A DNA stretch of 64,000 bases from Microcoleus sp. (GTDB taxonomy: Bacteria > Cyanobacteriota > Cyanobacteriia > Cyanobacteriales > Microcoleaceae). The stretch spans positions 1 through 64,000 of the forward strand of contig JAYFMW010000021.1 of assembly GCA_042408215.1 (NCBI GenBank). The letters are read 5' to 3'. Shown here piece by piece: positions 59,928 through 64,000 of the stretch (position 1 is the first letter of the stretch; each line of letters opens with the position of its first letter). The notes under the pieces were generated by a model. That model had not been told where the DNA came from. It did not search any database and was given only the letters and a program-made list of their open reading frames with translations. Position numbers and translations under genes: made by a program.

Positions 59928-60715
59928 CGTACTCGCTTGACGTGTGGAGTATGTCACATGTAGCTTTGTCTGTCGGTATGGAGGACGACGAATATTTACA
60001 AACCTTGGCTAAATACCTAGCAGATTTGCTCTCGGATGTCAAGCCAGATTTGGTTTTATACGATGCCGGAGTAGACCCTCATCAGGGCGACAAACTGGGA
60101 AAATTAGCTTTAAGTGATACGGGGTTATTTCGCAGGGAAATGCAAGTTTTATCTACTTGTTTGGCGGGGGGTGATCCCGTCGCCTGTGTGATTGGCGGTG
60201 GCTATTGCGATGACATGAATGGGTTAGTTTATCGGCATTCGCTCCTGCACCGAGCGGCGAGTCAAACCTACAGGCAGTATCGACTTTAAGATTTGTCAAG
60301 CCTACTACAAAAATCTAGATTAATTGCAGAAATTGTCGCCCAAATCCTTCACCCCTACATCTGAATCAAAAGCTTGAGATTATTGGTTGGATATGTATAA
60401 TGGATCAGACGAACGCGATCGGGAGCAGGGCGGGTGCGATCGCCCACAAGATGAAGTTAAAGGCAAGTGAGACAACGACTTCCCGGTTGGCGAACGCTCA
60501 CGGGAACCTTGTCACCTGGTTAGTAGTCCAAAACAAATAGTAAAATCAGCAACGACAAATAAGTAGATCCCTTCAGGAGTACAAGTTAGCGTGGTTGTTA
60601 GGTAAGAGCAAACAAATCAACGGCCGGATAGCGATCGCGATCGCCAAAATATAGGGTGCCGAGAATGTAGAGATCATTCTCGACTAGCGTTTAATCAATA
60701 AATAGGAGGTCACTT

Positions 60716-62002
60716 ATGCAAGTCAATTCAAAAAAATCAGAACAACTAGGAAAAACACAGGATTTAGAGTTTCTAGAACCTATTACCAAGCGTTATCTGA
60801 TGGTGATTAACGTCAGATCCACCAGGGATGAAAAAGGTGACAGGTATCTCGATCCGATGTGGGCAAAAGACCTAACCGAACATTTCAAGTATCTGAAAAA
60901 CTTCACGTTAGCATCTCCATGCCAACAAGAAACATCCCCAGAAAACACAATCGATGTGGAGAAGGAACCATCATTTGCTGACGTTGAATTTATCGACCTG
61001 CCCTCCCCAAACAGCTATAAAGAAGCAATATTGACGCTGCCTGCTACAGTTGCCAAACTTTGGGGTGCGATCGGCAAAGCAGATATCGTACACAGTTGCG
61101 TAGCAGGCTGGCCCATTCCTATGGGGTGGTTAGTGACACCAATAGCCCTGATTCAGGGAAAATTCTACGTACTCATAGTCGAGTCCGCACCGTGGCGTCT
61201 GGAACCAGGCAAAACCATAAAAATCCAACACAGAATCATCGCTTACGTGTCGGAAATAGTGAACCGCTGGTGCGTAAATAATGCGAACCTGACAATCTTC
61301 ACACAATCGGAATACCAGCAGAGTTTACTGACAAAGCGAAAAGAACGGGGTCACGTCATCCACGCTTCCTGGATAGATGAAGAAAATATCATTTCTGAAG
61401 CCGATGCAGCGGAAATATGGCAAAAAAAGTTATCCCCATCAAGCCAAAAACTCAAACTTCTATTTGCTGGCAGAGTGGAGTCCAGTAAAGGCGTGTTAGT
61501 TCTCCTAGAAGCCCTGAAAATTTTGGACAACAAAAACATTGCTGTCAATCTCGATATACTCGGCGATGGCACACTGTTAAGCGAATGCAAAACACTTAGC
61601 AATCAACTACAAAAATCGGTTAACATCCGATTTTTGGGAACGGTTGCTTACGGCAAAGAATTATTTCGGTGGCTGCAAAAATATCACGCTATTGTGGTTC
61701 CCAGCATCTCAGACGAGCAGCCCAGAATCGTCTACGATGCTTATTCCCAAGCAGTACCTGTACTCGCAAGCAACACAGACGGACTGCGCGACTGCATCCA
61801 AAACCACAAAACTGGTGTAATTGTTAATTCTAACGACCCTGTGGCCTTAGCAGATTTGATCGAATGGTCGGGGCAAAACTTGCCTCAGCTTCAAAGTATG
61901 GGCAAGGCATCTCTCCAGCAGGCTCACAGCCTGACGCACCAAGAAATGCACCGCAAACGGTGGCAGCTTTTATTGAAGATGTTGGAGCAATCAAACAAGT
62001 AG
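60716..62002 (+). CDS. Glycosyltransferase family 4
   Basis: LFAGRVESSKG and VVPSISDEQPRIVYDAY (E-x7-D); AGGAGG RBS. Confidence 0.9.
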   Translation: MQVNSKKSEQLGKTQDLEFLEPITKRYLMVINVRSTRDEKGDRYLDPMWAKDLTEHFKYLKNFTLASPCQQETSPENTIDVEKEPSFADVEFIDLPSPNSYKEAILTLPATVAKLWGAIGKADIVHSCVAGWPIPMGWLVTPIALIQGKFYVLIVESAPWRLEPGKTIKIQHRIIAYVSEIVNRWCVNNANLTIFTQSEYQQSLLTKRKERGHVIHASWIDEENIISEADAAEIWQKKLSPSSQKLKLLFAGRVESSKGVLVLLEALKILDNKNIAVNLDILGDGTLLSECKTLSNQLQKSVNIRFLGTVAYGKELFRWLQKYHAIVVPSISDEQPRIVYDAYSQAVPVLASNTDGLRDCIQNHKTGVIVNSNDPVALADLIEWSGQNLPQLQSMGKASLQQAHSLTHQEMHRKRWQLLLKMLEQSNK

Positions 62003-62083
62003 GATAGTTGCAATGCTCGATCGCCTGATCTTGCCAAACAGATACAAGCTGAGCTAGAAATTGTTAAACAGACGATCGCCCTT

Positions 62084-63094
62084 ATGTCCAATGCCATTGC
62101 GCGCAATCATCCGTATCCGCTACTGGTAGTCATTGTTAACTACCGAACCCCTGGTTTGACCATTGACTGCTTGCGTTCTCTAGTTAGCGAAATTGAATCC
62201 CTTCCCGGTATGCAGGTTGCAGTTGCCGACAACGCTTCGGGCGATCGCTCAGTCGCAGAAATTAGCAGCGCGATCGCAGCAGAAGGCTGGAGCGATTGGG
62301 CATCCTTCGTGCCCCTAGACTGCAACGGCGGATTCGCCTTCGGCAACAACGCCCTCATCCGTCCCGTCCTCCAATCCCCCAATCCCCCGCCTTACATCCT
62401 GCTGCTCAACCCAGACACCGTAGTTCGCCCCGGTGCCCTAAAAGCCCTCGTCGATTTCATGGACACCCATCCCGAAGCAGGAATCGCCGGCAGCCGTTTA
62501 GAAGACCCCGACGGCACGCCCCAGGAGTCAGCTTTTCGGTTTCACAACATCTTCACCGAACTCGATTTTGGTTGGCGGACAGGCTTTATATCCAAGTTAT
62601 TGGCAAACTGGGCCGCAGCGCCCCCTATTGCCCAAGAAATCTGCCAAACTGATTGGGTAGCTGGAGCCAGCATGATCGTCCGTCGCGAAGTATTTGAAAA
62701 GATTGGCTTGATGGATGAAGCTTATTTCATGTACTGCGAAGAAATGGACTTTTGCCTGCAAGCTCAGAAAGCTGGCTGGAGTTGCTGGTATGTACCTGAA
62801 AGTCGCGTTGTCCACCTAGTCGGTCAAAGCTCAGGCGTCACCGACACCAAAGCAGCCCCCAAGCGGCTGCCCCTGTATTGGTTTGATTCCCGGCGACGCT
62901 ACTTTATCAAAAACTACGGCTTGGTTTACACAGCGTTAACTGATGTATCCTGGGCTTCGGGCTTTGCAGCCTGGAGGGTGCGCCGCGTACTTCAAGGCAA
63001 GCCCGACGGCGATCCACCAAATTTTCTCAGGGATTTTGTATTGAATAGTGTATTTTTAAAGGGAGGTAAGATTGAAAAATCCAAAAACTTTTAA
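62084..63094 (+). CDS. Glycosyltransferase family 2
   Basis: VIVNY, DNASGD, GFAFGNN, LLNPD, YCEEMDFC. Confidence 0.92.
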   Translation: MSNAIARNHPYPLLVVIVNYRTPGLTIDCLRSLVSEIESLPGMQVAVADNASGDRSVAEISSAIAAEGWSDWASFVPLDCNGGFAFGNNALIRPVLQSPNPPPYILLLNPDTVVRPGALKALVDFMDTHPEAGIAGSRLEDPDGTPQESAFRFHNIFTELDFGWRTGFISKLLANWAAAPPIAQEICQTDWVAGASMIVRREVFEKIGLMDEAYFMYCEEMDFCLQAQKAGWSCWYVPESRVVHLVGQSSGVTDTKAAPKRLPLYWFDSRRRYFIKNYGLVYTALTDVSWASGFAAWRVRRVLQGKPDGDPPNFLRDFVLNSVFLKGGKIEKSKNF

Positions 63095-63290
63095 ATGAGT
63101 TTGTACATAAGTCAAAGCCAAATAAACCCGGTTAACGCTGGCAATAAAAATATTGTTTGATGTAGCCCAAAAATGGTATTCTATATCTAAACAAACCGGG
63201 TTGAACCTCCCTCAAAAAACCAGATAAACAAATTATTATCACGGGCATCTAGCAACAGGGTAAACAAGCAATAAGTGTGAATTAGAGCTT

Positions 63291-63872
63291 ATGGTAACTG
63301 AGCCAAACTTAATCACAAGTGAAAATCAAGTAGAAACCCCCGCACTGGGACTGTGGCAGCAGATTCAAGAAGATTGGATTGCTCACGGCCGCGACTGGAC
63401 AAAACCGGGATTTCGCGCCGTAGCAGTGCAGCGTTTTGGCGTCTGGAGAATGCAGGTAGAACCGAAATTACTTCGAGCTCCTTTGAGCATTATTTATCGA
63501 TCGCTCTACCGAAAAGTCCGCAATACCTACGGTATAGATTTGCCTTATACGGTAAAGCTCGGTCGTCGCGTGGTGATTGAACATCAAAGCGCTATTATTA
63601 TTCACGGATATTGTACGATCGGCGACGACTGCATTATCCGCCAAGGTGTAACCCTGGGGAACCGCTATTTGGACAAACCGCTAGAATCGCCTCAATTGGG
63701 CGATCGGGTGAACGTCGGTGCCGGCGCGAAAATCCTCGGCAAGGTCAACCTAGGAGACGATGTAAATATCGGTGCCAATGCAGTCGTCTTGTCAGATGTT
63801 CAAGCCGGTCAAACTGCTGTTGGTATCCCAGCCAAAATTATCAAATCCCGGCCTGCTGAAAACAACGCTTAA
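63291..63872 (+). CDS. Serine O-acetyltransferase-like hexapeptide acetyltransferase (polysaccharide locus)
   Basis: Hexapeptide repeats IGDDCIIRQGVTLG, VGAGAKILG, IGANAVV, AVGIPAK. Confidence 0.88.
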   Translation: MVTEPNLITSENQVETPALGLWQQIQEDWIAHGRDWTKPGFRAVAVQRFGVWRMQVEPKLLRAPLSIIYRSLYRKVRNTYGIDLPYTVKLGRRVVIEHQSAIIIHGYCTIGDDCIIRQGVTLGNRYLDKPLESPQLGDRVNVGAGAKILGKVNLGDDVNIGANAVVLSDVQAGQTAVGIPAKIIKSRPAENNA

Positions 63873-64000
63873 ATCATTTTCTTCCTTATGGCTTCTGCTA
63901 TAACTCTGCGGAGATTCAATCAATCTCCCTAGTCAAGTTAGAGATTCTTCTTAAGATAAACTGCACAAATAAGCACAATTGTCTACATCATCAAAACACT

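Larger units (their letters stand above)
58297..59957 (+). mobile_element. IS200/IS605 (IS1341-like, tnpB-only) element
   Basis: Inserted after TTAG. Left hairpin AATC-CCCACAC..GTGTGGG; right end GAAG-CCCACGTCA..TGACGTGTGG-AGTATGTCAC; no tnpA. Confidence 0.9.
56240..60289 (+). pseudogene. Histone deacetylase (HDAC/AcuC) family gene split into three pieces by two mobile elements
   Basis: 56240-56365 MDLPIVYH..GHRFPMAKF; 57951-58296 ..GGTHHAF..GFCIFND..LIVDL; 59958-60289 ..YDAGVDPH..IGGGY. The fragments join in frame. Confidence 0.93.

Noticed and set aside
60455..60520. c-di-GMP-I riboswitch
   Set aside because: AAAGGCAA is present, but the GNRA-capped stem and downstream GCAAA/receptor elements are not evident.
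1..64000. tRNA/rRNA genes, prophage, autonomous transposases, antisense shadow ORFs
   Set aside because: None of the first three was recognised by eye. The many short ORFs overlapping well-supported genes have no motifs.

Overview
Chromosomal window from a filamentous cyanobacterium, probably Oscillatoriales of the Microcoleus/Tychonema type. This is inferred from abundant HIP1 (GCGATCGC), heptamer STRR tracts and dense small palindromic repeats. It holds housekeeping genes (rbcR, ndbB, rtcB, aroK, ubiX, an RNase II/R-family gene, clpP, txlA), large signalling genes (Ser/Thr kinases, hybrid His kinases including an insert-Cys cyanobacteriochrome, two class III cyclases), glycosylation genes and a Yfr2 sRNA. 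The most striking content is four RNA-guided-nuclease (OMEGA-type) elements with no transposase in the window. Two of them split one histone-deacetylase-family gene. The first is an intact IscB+HEARO element inserted in a HIP1-like site, with ends that look IS607/serine-recombinase-like rather than IS200/IS605-like. The second is a TnpB element lacking the zinc finger, joined to an in-frame deletion between two DLDV motifs. The other two are a 289-bp ORF-less IS605-type element with its own promoter (candidate stand-alone omega/reRNA gene) and a tnpB 3' remnant whose right end supplies a host stop codon. Also present are two ~84-bp palindromic tandem arrays (not CRISPR), nested MITE/SDR repeats, and three frameshifts within 5 kb that may be assembly errors. 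All product calls come from motif recognition by eye; no searches were run.
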